Source of the DNA: Elusimicrobiaceae bacterium
Lineage (GTDB): Bacteria > Elusimicrobiota > Elusimicrobia > Elusimicrobiales > Elusimicrobiaceae
Reading direction: 5' to 3'
DNA: 64,000 nt
Assembly (NCBI GenBank): GCA_017618215.1
Contig: JAFZUQ010000001.1
Span: 77,872 to 141,871 of the forward strand
Shown here piece after piece: positions 55,621 to 64,000 of this stretch; positions within the stretch are counted from its first letter, which is position 1, and each line of letters starts with the position of its first letter. The notes beneath the pieces were generated by a model, which worked only from the letters and a program-made list of their open reading frames with translations, ran no database searches and was not told the DNA's origin. Position numbers and translations under genes: made by a program.

Positions 55621-57024
55621 ATGAAGAAATTTATTTTGTTTATATCTTGTGCATTATTTGGAAGTATTTTTGCGGTGGCTAATGATACCGCTGGGCAATT
55701 ATTGCCGACGGGGGAAATACGCTTTGAAAAGCAAGACGGCATTGTTTTAAAACACGAGGCCCTGTTATTATCCGATACAGTAACAGTTGATTATTTGTTT
55801 GAAAATATTACCGATAAACCTGTGGAAACAACGGTGTTTTTTCCTATTCCTACAATTGGGCCGGTTGAACCTTATTATACCGAATATCCTCATAATTTTG
55901 AATTTCGCGTATGGAGTAATGGCAAAGAAATTAAGCCTGAACTGGACCGCAAAGTTACACTTGACGGCACGGATGTTACAAAATATTTCAACTTAATGGG
56001 CATAGATGCTTATTATAAAGCAGTACCATATGATGATCTTAAAGCAATTGAAGACTTGGTAAAACCTTTACTTAATTTGCCGCACGAAGAACAGAAAAAA
56101 TTAGAAGAATTGGGAATGATTGTAAAAAGTTGTATGGATTATGAATTCGTACCTTATACCGACTATGATACGGATGATGATTGTGAAAAGGGATTGCTTG
56201 ATTATGAACTTGCAAAACAATTTACAATTGACAGTGATTCCTTTGAGAAAAGCGGTGCTAAGCTACCTTCTTATATTGATTTAAATAATAAAAATCTTTC
56301 CCCTATAAATCAAGTTGTTTATCATTATCAAAAGTGTAGGAAATTTTTGCCGGTGGAAAGGAAATGCCTTAATAATTCTGATACTTATCACTTTGGACCT
56401 GATCCTTATTATTCAGCATCTGAGCATTATAAACAAGAAGTTATGTACCATTGGAAACAAACTTTCCCGCCGCATAAAATTATACATGTCAGACATGTGT
56501 ATAAGCCATCTATTTTTAGTAATAGCATAGGCGGAGCAAGCCCCGCAGTGGAAAAGATTGTAGGTACCTACTTCGAGTCAGGTAAAATGTGGTATGAATC
56601 TTCCTACATTATCACCACTGCAAATAATTGGAAAACACCGATAGAAAAATTTAATTTACTCGTTTGGGGTAAAGCGGGTGCAGCAATCAGTACAATTGGA
56701 AATAAGGGGCCAACTTATGTGCGCGTAGCCCCCAAAAATTATTTATTGGATACTAAATATGATTTTATGCCTACAAGTGAAATCTCTTTTGAACTTGCAG
56801 AGGGAGGTAAAATGCCCGAAATTATCCCGCAACTTTACCGCGTGGACGGGCCGGCAAATGTCCGCACAAAACCGGACGGTAAAAAAATTAAAACTTTGGA
56901 AAATGGTTATTATATTTGGGCATATCCTTCAGAGACAAAAAATTGGTATGCGGTCTTGTTAGATGAAGAAACAACAGGCTATACCCACAAAGATAATTTA
57001 ATTCCGTTTGGTAAATTTAATTAA
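55621..57024 (+). CDS. secreted protein, possibly DUF4424-like with a C-terminal SH3b-like domain
   Basis: Signal MKKFILFISCALFGSIFAVA. The N-terminal ANDTAGQLLPTGEIRFEKQDGIVL pattern recalls DUF4424 (tentative). The C-terminal ..VDGPANVRTKPDGKKIKTLENGYYIW..WYAV.. looks SH3b-like. Confidence 0.6.
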   Translation: MKKFILFISCALFGSIFAVANDTAGQLLPTGEIRFEKQDGIVLKHEALLLSDTVTVDYLFENITDKPVETTVFFPIPTIGPVEPYYTEYPHNFEFRVWSNGKEIKPELDRKVTLDGTDVTKYFNLMGIDAYYKAVPYDDLKAIEDLVKPLLNLPHEEQKKLEELGMIVKSCMDYEFVPYTDYDTDDDCEKGLLDYELAKQFTIDSDSFEKSGAKLPSYIDLNNKNLSPINQVVYHYQKCRKFLPVERKCLNNSDTYHFGPDPYYSASEHYKQEVMYHWKQTFPPHKIIHVRHVYKPSIFSNSIGGASPAVEKIVGTYFESGKMWYESSYIITTANNWKTPIEKFNLLVWGKAGAAISTIGNKGPTYVRVAPKNYLLDTKYDFMPTSEISFELAEGGKMPEIIPQLYRVDGPANVRTKPDGKKIKTLENGYYIWAYPSETKNWYAVLLDEETTGYTHKDNLIPFGKFN

Positions 57025-57050
57025 TGCAGCATAATATTTTGAGAGGTTTT

Positions 57051-57875
57051 ATGAAAAATTTTTTTATTAGTTTAGTTTTATTATTCAGTGTTGCGATTTT
57101 TGCGTCGCAAATTGCTGTGGGAGAGCCAACAGATTCTGCCCTAAACCCACAATCTATACCGGAATGGAAACCACGTATAGTATCTTGCATTTCTAATAAA
57201 AAAGAGCAACTACCAAAAGAGTATATCGGTCCTAATCTTAAACTTGTGGAAGTTCCAAAAGAGTATTCAATTGCTACTGTTGTGGAAATTAAAACTGATG
57301 CAAACGGTAAAAAAGTTTTAACCCCGATTGAACACCGTTTTATTCCTTGTGATCCCGGTCAAAGTTATTATGTTGATGTTCAAGAACCATACAGTGTAGA
57401 AATTATAAAGAAATTAAGCAAAGTCTGTGATTGTAAAGAATATGTAGAGGTATTTGGTTCTAAAGGGTATGAGGTTACAGATGTTCCAATAGGCAGTTAT
57501 CTAAAATATATACCTGAAACAAAAGAAATGCAAGTTCTGCCGGATACGGAAGAATCACGTAAAGAAATCTTGGAAAGGCAAAGAGAGCAACAACAAATCA
57601 TTAATAAAAGAAAAGAAGAACTAGAAAAAGAAGAAAGAAAGAAAAAAGAAATCATAGATAAAATGGATAAAAAAATAAAAGAAATAGAAAGAATAATGCA
57701 AGAGAAAGGGGTAAATAGGCTACAAGCACAAATGATTGTAGATAAAAAAATAGCCCAAAAATTGCTGATTAAAGATATATTTACTATTGTTTTAACTGTT
57801 TTAGGTTTTATTATAATTATTGGTATTTTTTGGCATTTTGCAAAAAATATTTTCAAAAAATTCAAGAAAAAATAA
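57051..57875 (+). CDS. secreted/anchored protein: shared unknown domain, K/E-rich coiled coil and C-terminal TM
   Basis: Trimmed to MKNFFISLVLLFSVAIFA. Residues around 45-165 are homologous to the ankyrin protein C-terminus. Also has an EELEKEERKKKE coiled coil and a terminal TM IFTIVLTVLGFIIIIGIFW. Confidence 0.7.
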   Translation: MKNFFISLVLLFSVAIFASQIAVGEPTDSALNPQSIPEWKPRIVSCISNKKEQLPKEYIGPNLKLVEVPKEYSIATVVEIKTDANGKKVLTPIEHRFIPCDPGQSYYVDVQEPYSVEIIKKLSKVCDCKEYVEVFGSKGYEVTDVPIGSYLKYIPETKEMQVLPDTEESRKEILERQREQQQIINKRKEELEKEERKKKEIIDKMDKKIKEIERIMQEKGVNRLQAQMIVDKKIAQKLLIKDIFTIVLTVLGFIIIIGIFWHFAKNIFKKFKKK

Positions 57876-57886
57876 ATGGTATGTTG

Positions 57887-57965
57887 GAAAATTGTTATAG
57901 TTGATATAACTTAATTAAGAAAAACCCTCGGGTTAGATTTTAGCCCGGGGTTTTTTACCTATTGT
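57887..57965 (+). repeat. direct repeat B: relic of the pnp 3' end plus terminator
   Basis: GGAAAATTGTTATAGTTGATATAACTTAATTAAGAAAAACCCTCGGGTTAGATTTTAGCCCGGGGTTTTTTACCTATTGT. About 85% identical by eye to 55498-55578. Confidence 0.85.
57925..57956 (+). terminator. intrinsic terminator (second copy)
   Basis: Stem CCTCGGG/CCCGGGG followed by TTTTTT. Confidence 0.75.
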
Positions 57966-58018
57966 TTTTTTATTAAAAACCCATATAATTAATATATAAG
58001 TATTTCGGAGAAATATTT

Positions 58019-58903
58019 ATGAAAAAATATTTGCTTGTCCTGTTTTTATTGCTAGCCCCCGTTATAACTTGGGCGGCCGGGGATGCTTTGGGTATTTTTG
58101 ATAATGATTTAGATATATCAAGTTTTGTTAAAGAAATTGATATTTCCCCTACTATTGTAGGAGATGACGACAGAGAAGAAATAACAAATGAAAACGCCCA
58201 AGGACTAGAAAAAGCAGTTGTGATTTTAAAAATATCTTTTCGCGGTATAATACCGGTGGGCTATTGTTCTGGTGCTATGGTTGGCCCCAATGTCGTATTA
58301 ACAGCCGCACATTGCCTTTATTATAATGGAAAATTTGAAATGAGTATAGAGGTATTTGCACCTGTTGCAGATAAATCAGAAAATGAACAATTATTATCTG
58401 CTAAGTCAATTGAATTATATGTGCCTGATAAATATATAGAATATTCCAATAATAGTACATCTTACACTCATGCTATGGAGCAATATGATTATGGTATTGT
58501 TATATTAGATAAATCAATAGGTGCTAAGACGGGCTGGTTTGGTTTAAATACAATGTCCCGTACGCAATTGAAATCGGCGCATATTATAGTTCTAGGATAT
58601 TCTGGTGACAAGCCGGACAATACTTTATGGAAATCAGAAGGTTTTATTGGTTTTTGGAAAGTATATACTAATAACACATTTGGACATAATGCCGATACAG
58701 TCCTTGGCAACAGTGGCGGTCCCATTGTACTTAATAAAAAACCGACTGAAATTATTGGAATAGAAACTGCTCATAATATAAAAGCAGGTGATTATGTTCC
58801 TGCCGGATACCCAAATACCGGATTACGCATAACCAAAGATATTGTAGATATTGTTCAAAAATATAATAAAAGAAACGGGCCATATTTACCTCCTAAAAAT
58901 TAA
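58019..58903 (+). CDS. secreted trypsin-like (S1, V8/Glu-endopeptidase-like) serine protease
   Basis: Signal MKKYLLVLFLLLAPVITWA. His LTAAHCL, Asp YDYGIVILD, Ser GNSGGPIV. Confidence 0.8.
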   Translation: MKKYLLVLFLLLAPVITWAAGDALGIFDNDLDISSFVKEIDISPTIVGDDDREEITNENAQGLEKAVVILKISFRGIIPVGYCSGAMVGPNVVLTAAHCLYYNGKFEMSIEVFAPVADKSENEQLLSAKSIELYVPDKYIEYSNNSTSYTHAMEQYDYGIVILDKSIGAKTGWFGLNTMSRTQLKSAHIIVLGYSGDKPDNTLWKSEGFIGFWKVYTNNTFGHNADTVLGNSGGPIVLNKKPTEIIGIETAHNIKAGDYVPAGYPNTGLRITKDIVDIVQKYNKRNGPYLPPKN

Positions 58904-58985
58904 ACATTTAGACCTATATAAAAATATCCTCAAAAATTATTTAGAACTGAAAATACGAAAAAGTGGTAAGATGAAAAAATTTTTT

Positions 58986-59104
58986 CAAGTATTTTTGAGG
59001 TATTTTTTGTTTTTATCTCGGCGAGGTATACCGTGATTACACGCCCGATAGGGCGGAGGTATCCGAAGCCGAAGAAAAAACAGAAAATAACCAAAAAGAT
59101 GAAG
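58986..59104. repeat. long-hairpin repeat family, copy 4 (diverged core, opposite genomic orientation)
   Basis: CAAGTATTTTTGAGG / TATTTTTTGTTTTTATCT / core CGGCGAGGTATACCGTGATTACACGCCCGATAGGGCGGAGGTATCCGAAGCCG / AGAAAAAACAGAAAATA / ACCAAAAAGATGAAG. Same flank-arm-core-arm-flank layout as copies 1-3 read on the other strand. Confidence 0.65.
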
Positions 59105-59357
59105 AAAAAGGGAAGGCAGCCTAGGGGTTCGGCTGCCTTGGGGTATAAATTAGTATTGTACCAAAAGGAGGAGGTAATTACTAATTTATCTTTGTTACTA
59201 ATAGTTTATAACAAACTGCGATATTTTAAAAGGGTTCTTAGACCTATTTCACCATATCATTTGGACCTAGGCAAAATTACCCCTAAGGACCTATATTTAA
59301 AAAATAAATAAATACATAAAAATATGCGTTTTTACCTCTGATTTCTACGTCATAATT

Positions 59358-59366
59358 TGGTATAAT
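59358..59366 (+). promoter_or_regulatory. extended -10 promoter (TGGTATAAT) for birA, possibly giving a leaderless mRNA
   Basis: The hexamer ends 6 nt before the A of the birA ATG, and there is no SD in the intervening ATTATT. Confidence 0.45.
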
Positions 59367-59372
59367 ATTATT

Positions 59373-60044
59373 ATGAAGATTTTCGGTTTTGATACGCTAC
59401 CTTCAACCAATACTTATGCAGTAGAAAATTTTGATAGCTATGAAAATCAAGATATCATTATGGCCCAAACTCAAACAGCAGGTAAAGGAAGGAAGGGGCG
59501 TAGATGGTCTTCTGAAACAGGCGGTTTATACTTTACAATAATTTTAAAACCGTCTGAAATTAAACCGGAACAAGCAAGTTCTTTGACACAAATTATGGCA
59601 ATAAGTGTTTGTAAAACCATTAGAGGTTTGGGCGTTAGTGCTTATTTAAAATGGCCTAATGATGTTCTTTACAAAGGTAAAAAGTTTTGCGGTATTTTAA
59701 GCGAAGCCGTTACTAAGAATAATATTTTAAAAGGGATTATTATCGGCGTAGGAATAAATATAGAACAAAAAAATATTGTTTCGGAAAAACCTTTTACAAG
59801 TTTGGCTGATATCGGTATAAAAATTTCAAAAAGTGTTTTGCTTGAAGAAATATTTTCAAATTTTCAAACACTGCAAAAACAAAATTTTATTGATGAGTTT
59901 AAAAAACTTTGCCCGGCAATAAACACAGAAATTATCGTAGACGGTAAAAAAGGATTTTTTGAAGATATAGATAATGCGGGCCGCATGATTTTAAAAACAG
60001 AAAAAGGCCGTGAAGTTATAATGGCCGGTGATGTACAGTTTTAG
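59373..60044 (+). CDS. birA: biotin--[acetyl-CoA-carboxylase] ligase (no HTH domain)
   Basis: GKGRKGRRWSS (GRGRxGRxW-type biotin-binding loop), KWPND. 223 aa. Confidence 0.85.
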   Translation: MKIFGFDTLPSTNTYAVENFDSYENQDIIMAQTQTAGKGRKGRRWSSETGGLYFTIILKPSEIKPEQASSLTQIMAISVCKTIRGLGVSAYLKWPNDVLYKGKKFCGILSEAVTKNNILKGIIIGVGINIEQKNIVSEKPFTSLADIGIKISKSVLLEEIFSNFQTLQKQNFIDEFKKLCPAINTEIIVDGKKGFFEDIDNAGRMILKTEKGREVIMAGDVQF

Positions 60045-60067
60045 TATTTAAAGATGAGGTGTAATTT

Positions 60068-60304
60068 ATGAATTCGGAGTTATTTGCCAAAAGCGTTGAG
60101 CTTATGGTCGTTGGTATGGGAATGACATTTTCTTTCCTTATACTTCTTGTAATAATGCTTAACGTACTTAAGTGGGGGGTAAAATTATTAAATAAAATTT
60201 ACCCGGAAAAAGTTGAAGTTGCAAAAGCACCTGCTTTAGCAGTTCAAGATAATACAAAATTAAAAATCGCTATTGCCTTGGCGGCAATTAAAGCGGCAAA
60301 ATAA
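60068..60304 (+). CDS. oadG: Na+-translocating decarboxylase gamma subunit (OadG family)
   Basis: 78 aa with a single N-terminal TM and an Ala-rich tail. Sits directly upstream of oadA/oadB. Confidence 0.7.
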   Translation: MNSELFAKSVELMVVGMGMTFSFLILLVIMLNVLKWGVKLLNKIYPEKVEVAKAPALAVQDNTKLKIAIALAAIKAAK

Positions 60305-60328
60305 TTTTAATATTTAAGGAGAAATCAA

Positions 60329-62140
60329 ATGAAAAAAATTAAGTTTATGTTAACTGCCTTTAGGGACGGTTTCCAATCTGTTTACGGCACAAAAGTCAGA
60401 AGTGAAGACTTTTTACCTGCTGTTGAAGCTGCCAAAGAAGCAGGGGTTAGACATTTTGAATCTGCCGGCGGTGCAACATTTCAAAGTGCTTTGTTTTTTA
60501 ATAAGGAAAATCCTTATGATGTTATGGATGCCTTTAGGAAAACCGTTGGGCCTGATGTAAATTTGCAAAGTTTGGCACGCGGCGTTAATGTCGTCGGTTT
60601 AAATTCTCAGCCGAGTGATGTAATCAAATTGCATGCTCAAACTTTCAAAAAGCACGGCCTTACAACTATCAGAAATTTTGATGCTTTAAATGATGTTAAT
60701 AACTTAATTTATAGTGGCAAATGTATAAAAGAAGCCGGCTTAAAACATGAAGTAACCGTTACGATGATGTCCCTCGCACCGGGTTGGGATAAGACGGGCA
60801 AGTTCCATACACCGGAATTTTATGAAGGCGTATTAAAAAATATTATTGCAAGCGGTATTGAATTTGACAGCGTTTGTTTTAAAGATGCATCAGGTACTTC
60901 TACACCCCAAACTGTTAAAGAAACAATAAAAAGGGCAAAAAAAATATTACCGCCTGAAGTCGAAGTCGTTTTCCATACCCACGAAACAGCCGGCACAGGC
61001 CTTGCTTGTTATTTAGCTGCTATTGAGGGGGGAGTTGACAGAATTGATTTATCAATGGCACCTGTCAGCGGCGGAACTTGCCAAACAGATATAATTTCAA
61101 TGTGGCATGCACTTCGCGGCAGCAATTATACTTTAGATATTGATATTGAAAAAATTCGCAAAGCAGAAAGTGTGCTTAAAGATTGTTTAAAAGATTATGT
61201 TTTGAAACCCGAAGCTATGAGGGTTGAACCTACAATTCCCTTCTCACCTTTACCGGGTGGTGCCTTAACAAATGCTACAAGACAGTTAAGGGAAATCGGG
61301 CAAATTGATAAATATCCGCAAGTTCTTGCCGCTATGGAAGAAGTTGTAAGACGCGGCGGTTTCGGTACTTCCGTAACACCTGTCAGCCAATTTTACATAC
61401 AACAAGCAATGCAAAATGTTATACAAGGGCCTTGGAAAGCTTTTGCACCCGGATACGGGAATATGCTACTTGGGTACTTCGGTAAGACACCGACTCCGGC
61501 AGATCCCGAACTTGTAAAACTTGCCTCTGCTTATATGAAAAAGGAACCCACAACAAAAACTGTTTTGGAACTTAATGATGCAGATCCAAAGAAAGGTGTT
61601 AAACCTGCAACGGAATTGCTTAAAAAGAACAATTTACCTGTTACCGATGAAAATATTTTTATCGTTGCGGCTTGTAATGATGCGGCAAACGGTGTAAATA
61701 AAGGTTTAGATTTCTTACTCGGCAAAGCAAAATGTTTAGTGGAAAAGAAATCTGCCGCAAGCGAAACAAAATTAAAAGGTAATGCTTTTACAGTTTCCGT
61801 AGGCGGTGAAACTTTTAACGTCGAGCTTAAAGATAATAAAGCAACAGTTAACGGTCAAACTTATGATATTGCGGTTAAAGAAGGAATAAGTGCAACAGCA
61901 TCTGCAAAAGAAGCTGCAGCCAGCGGCGGTGGTGCGGAAGTTAAAGCCCCGATGCCGGGTGTTATTATGCGCTTTTGTGTTGCAGAAGGTGCACAAGTTA
62001 CTAAAGATCAAGCGATTATCATTATTGAAGCTATGAAAATGGAAATGGAAATTAAAGCAACTGCGGCAGGTAAAATTCATTTTACTTCTGCTACGGGTGA
62101 CCAAATCCAAACAGGCAATGTTCTTGCCTTAATTAAGTAG
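60329..62140 (+). CDS. oadA: oxaloacetate decarboxylase alpha subunit (carboxyltransferase + biotinyl carrier)
   Basis: HMGL-like TIM barrel (..[10 protein letters not shown].., HTHETAG). C-terminal biotinyl domain with EAMKME. Confidence 0.85.
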   Translation: MKKIKFMLTAFRDGFQSVYGTKVRSEDFLPAVEAAKEAGVRHFESAGGATFQSALFFNKENPYDVMDAFRKTVGPDVNLQSLARGVNVVGLNSQPSDVIKLHAQTFKKHGLTTIRNFDALNDVNNLIYSGKCIKEAGLKHEVTVTMMSLAPGWDKTGKFHTPEFYEGVLKNIIASGIEFDSVCFKDASGTSTPQTVKETIKRAKKILPPEVEVVFHTHETAGTGLACYLAAIEGGVDRIDLSMAPVSGGTCQTDIISMWHALRGSNYTLDIDIEKIRKAESVLKDCLKDYVLKPEAMRVEPTIPFSPLPGGALTNATRQLREIGQIDKYPQVLAAMEEVVRRGGFGTSVTPVSQFYIQQAMQNVIQGPWKAFAPGYGNMLLGYFGKTPTPADPELVKLASAYMKKEPTTKTVLELNDADPKKGVKPATELLKKNNLPVTDENIFIVAACNDAANGVNKGLDFLLGKAKCLVEKKSAASETKLKGNAFTVSVGGETFNVELKDNKATVNGQTYDIAVKEGISATASAKEAAASGGGAEVKAPMPGVIMRFCVAEGAQVTKDQAIIIIEAMKMEMEIKATAAGKIHFTSATGDQIQTGNVLALIK

Positions 62141-62148
62141 GTGCAAAT

Positions 62149-63345
62149 ATGTTAGCAGATATTTTAAATTCTTTGCAAACACTTTGGGGCACTAGCGGCC
62201 TTGCAAATTTCACCTGGGGGCAAGTCGTAATGATTGCAGTTTGTTTGGTGATTTTGTGGCTCGGTATTGTTAAGCAATTTGAGCCTTTGCTTTTGATACC
62301 TATCGGGTTTGGCGGTTTACTTTCCAATATTCCCGTCGCAGGAATTGCTGCTTTAAGTGTTACCAGTGTTGATCCCAGTGGTGCAGTCCATACAGCCTTC
62401 GGCGGTTTTCTGGGGCAAGTGTATGGATTTGGTATAGAGTCCGGCTTATTTCCTTTGCTTATCTTTATGGGGGTTGGTGCTATGACGGATTTTGGGCCTT
62501 TAATTGCAAATCCGCGTACTTTGCTTTTAGGTGCTGCAGCACAGTTTGGTATATTTTTTACTATCTTCGGTGCTTTGATGCTTGGTAATATTTCACCTGA
62601 TTTAAGTTTCAGTATGAAAGAAGCCGCCTCTATCGGTATTATCGGCGGCGCAGATGGCCCGACGGCGATATTTTTGACATCAAAACTTGCGCCTAATTTG
62701 CTTGGTGCAATTGCAGTTGCGGCATATTCTTATATGGCACTTGTTCCGATAATTCAACCGCCTATAATGAAATTTTTGACTACCCCCGAAGAACGTAAAA
62801 TCAGAATGGAGCAACTCCGCCCCGTCAGCAAAAGGGAAAAAATTATTTTCCCGATAATGGTTTTGCTTATGTGTGCAATGTTTATTCCGGATGCCACACC
62901 GTTAATAGGTTGCTTGATGTTCGGTAACTTGGTTAAGGAATGCGGTGTCGTAAACCGCCTTGCAAAAACTATGCAAAACGAGTTAATAAATATCGTTACA
63001 ATCCTTTTGGGTTTAGCGGTAGGCTCAAAACTTTCTGCAGATAAATTTTTGCAATTTAAGACGGTTGCAATTGTTATACTCGGTTTATGTGCTTTCTGTG
63101 TTGGTACCGCTTCCGGTGTTTTGATTGCAAAATTTATGAACTTATTTACTAAAAATAAAGTTAACCCTCTTATCGGTGCGGCAGGCGTTTCCGCTGTTCC
63201 TATGGCGGCGCGTGTTGCAAATAAAGTCGGTCAAGAATTTGACCAACAAAACTATTTGCTTATGCATGCTATGGGGCCGAATGTCGCAGGTGTGATCGGC
63301 TCTGCGGTTGCGGCAGGTATTTTGCTTGCTATGCTCGGTAAATAA
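62149..63345 (+). CDS. oadB: Na+-translocating decarboxylase beta subunit
   Basis: 398-aa polytopic protein with OadB/GcdB-like motifs (..GADGPTAIF.., ..[16 protein letters not shown]..). Confidence 0.85.
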   Translation: MLADILNSLQTLWGTSGLANFTWGQVVMIAVCLVILWLGIVKQFEPLLLIPIGFGGLLSNIPVAGIAALSVTSVDPSGAVHTAFGGFLGQVYGFGIESGLFPLLIFMGVGAMTDFGPLIANPRTLLLGAAAQFGIFFTIFGALMLGNISPDLSFSMKEAASIGIIGGADGPTAIFLTSKLAPNLLGAIAVAAYSYMALVPIIQPPIMKFLTTPEERKIRMEQLRPVSKREKIIFPIMVLLMCAMFIPDATPLIGCLMFGNLVKECGVVNRLAKTMQNELINIVTILLGLAVGSKLSADKFLQFKTVAIVILGLCAFCVGTASGVLIAKFMNLFTKNKVNPLIGAAGVSAVPMAARVANKVGQEFDQQNYLLMHAMGPNVAGVIGSAVAAGILLAMLGK

Positions 63346-63364
63346 GTAATTTTTTAGTTTAATA

Positions 63365-63397
63365 AATAGCCCTCATGTTAGCATGGGGGCTATTTTA
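63365..63397. terminator. bidirectional terminator between oadB and the convergent protease gene
   Basis: 13-bp stem AATAGCCCTCATG/CATGGGGGCTATT with A-rich and T-rich flanks. Confidence 0.8.
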
Positions 63398-63404
63398 CTA
63401 AATA

Positions 63405-64000
63405 CTAATTTTTAGGTGTTAAATATGGTCCGGTTCTTCTATTATAAGTTTGAACTAAATCTACAATTTCCTGAGTTATTTTTAATCCTACATTAGGATA
63501 TCCATCGGGAGCATAATCATCCACTCCGTTATGAGCAATATGTATTCCAATAATTTCGTCTGGTTTTTTCTTCATAACAATAGGACCGCCACTATTACCT
63601 GGGAGTATATCTGCATTATGATAAAAAGTATTGTTATCATCTACCCAAAAACCTGTAGAACCTTCTGATCTCCATAAAGTATCATCTGGTTTATCTTTTG
63701 GGTGGCCCATAGTTATAATTTTTAAGTAAGGGGTAGGTCTATCTTTTAATCTAAACCATCCTGTTTTAAGAGCAATCGGTTTGTCTAATACAATAACACC
63801 ATAATCATATTTATCTGATGTTGAATCAGGATTATGGGAAAGTTCTATATATTCTTTTGGAACATATAATTCAATTGATTTCGCGGATAATAATGGTTCG
63901 TTGTCTGATTTGTCAGCAACAACTGCAAATACTTCTATATTATTTTTATATTTTCTGTTTTCAACCAGACAATGTGCCGCTGTTAATACCAAGTTAGGAC
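63405..64000 (-). CDS. trypsin-like (S1) serine protease, paralog of 58019-58903; 5' end lies beyond the window
   Basis: LTAAHCL, YDYGVIVLD, GNSGGPIV. Roughly 60-65% identical by eye to the other protease. The reading frame stays open to the window edge. Confidence 0.8.
   Translation of the reverse strand, partial: PNLVLTAAHCLVENRKYKNNIEVFAVVADKSDNEPLLSAKSIELYVPKEYIELSHNPDSTSDKYDYGVIVLDKPIALKTGWFRLKDRPTPYLKIITMGHPKDKPDDTLWRSEGSTGFWVDDNNTFYHNADILPGNSGGPIVMKKKPDEIIGIHIAHNGVDDYAPDGYPNVGLKITQEIVDLVQTYNRRTGPYLTPKN

Noticed and set aside
3838-59104. Interpreting the hairpin repeats as a CRISPR array, integron attC sites or IS/MITE ends.
   Set aside because: The copies are dispersed singly rather than arrayed with spacers. 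Their conserved part is the centre, not the outer ends as in attC. No cas, integrase or transposase gene is visible in the window. MITE status cannot be fully excluded without genome-wide data.
59108-59145. GGAAGGCAGCC...GGCTGCCTT hairpin considered as the SRP (4.5S) RNA helix 8.
   Set aside because: It lacks the GNAR tetraloop and the symmetric and asymmetric internal loops of SRP RNA. It is a simple 9-bp stem followed, on the minus strand, by a T-run, which makes it terminator-like.
58851-59311. ORFs 58851-59036 (+) and 59033-59311 (+, GTG start, Lys-rich).
   Set aside because: They have no SD. They run through hairpin repeat copy 4, the terminator-like hairpin and the phased motif array. 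Their composition reflects A-rich repeat arms rather than a protein.
1-64000. Search for prophage, integrative element, toxin-antitoxin, restriction-modification or other known defence systems, and for rRNA operons.
   Set aside because: No ORF showed motifs I recognise for integrases, transposases, capsid or terminase proteins, methyltransferases, nucleases of known defence families, or Cas proteins. No rRNA-like sequence was seen. Absence is based on visual inspection only.

Overview
AT-rich bacterial chromosomal window, densely coding, made of housekeeping operons interrupted by small orphan expression units. Housekeeping genes: ppdK, pgeF-murI, efp with two M24 peptidases, gpmI, queC, rlmN, mreC-mreD-mrdA-rodA-(DUF2344-like)-rng, an LplT/PlsC/Aas triple fusion, tig, adhE, feoAB, uvrB, marC, rpsO-pnp and birA-oadGAB. 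RNA genes: RNase P RNA and four tRNAs (Ser-GCU, Lys-CUU, Leu-UAG, Val-CAC). PPDK, AdhE, a Na+-pumping oxaloacetate decarboxylase and a type IV pilin-like protein together recall Elusimicrobia-type genomes; this is recall only and cannot be verified here. I saw no rRNA, CRISPR array, transposase, integrase, phage genes or recognisable defence genes. The orphan units encode secreted or membrane proteins, each with its own extended -10 promoter (TGnTAnAAT) and intrinsic terminator. Main observations: (1) a dispersed 120-130 nt long-hairpin repeat family (4 copies) with a conserved core and covarying AT-rich stems, always directly downstream of a gene and in the same orientation relative to it; (2) two cases where the last codons plus terminator of a housekeeping gene (pnp; the GGGtGRT gene) are duplicated in direct orientation around inserted orphan genes; (3) a tandem array of four paralogous two-TM proteins plus a secreted esterase-like protein; (4) a roughly 110-aa domain of unknown function shared by a secreted ankyrin-repeat protein and a coiled-coil anchored protein 20 kb away; (5) a NifU-like/GGGtGRT gene pair divergent from a Cys-rich micro-ORF and permease; (6) two SD-supported small ORFs absent from the ORF track; (7) a recurrent ATAGGTCY 8-mer in orphan-gene intergenic regions. 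Coordinates of RNA ends, promoters and terminators are hand-derived and approximate. No database search or statistics could be run.
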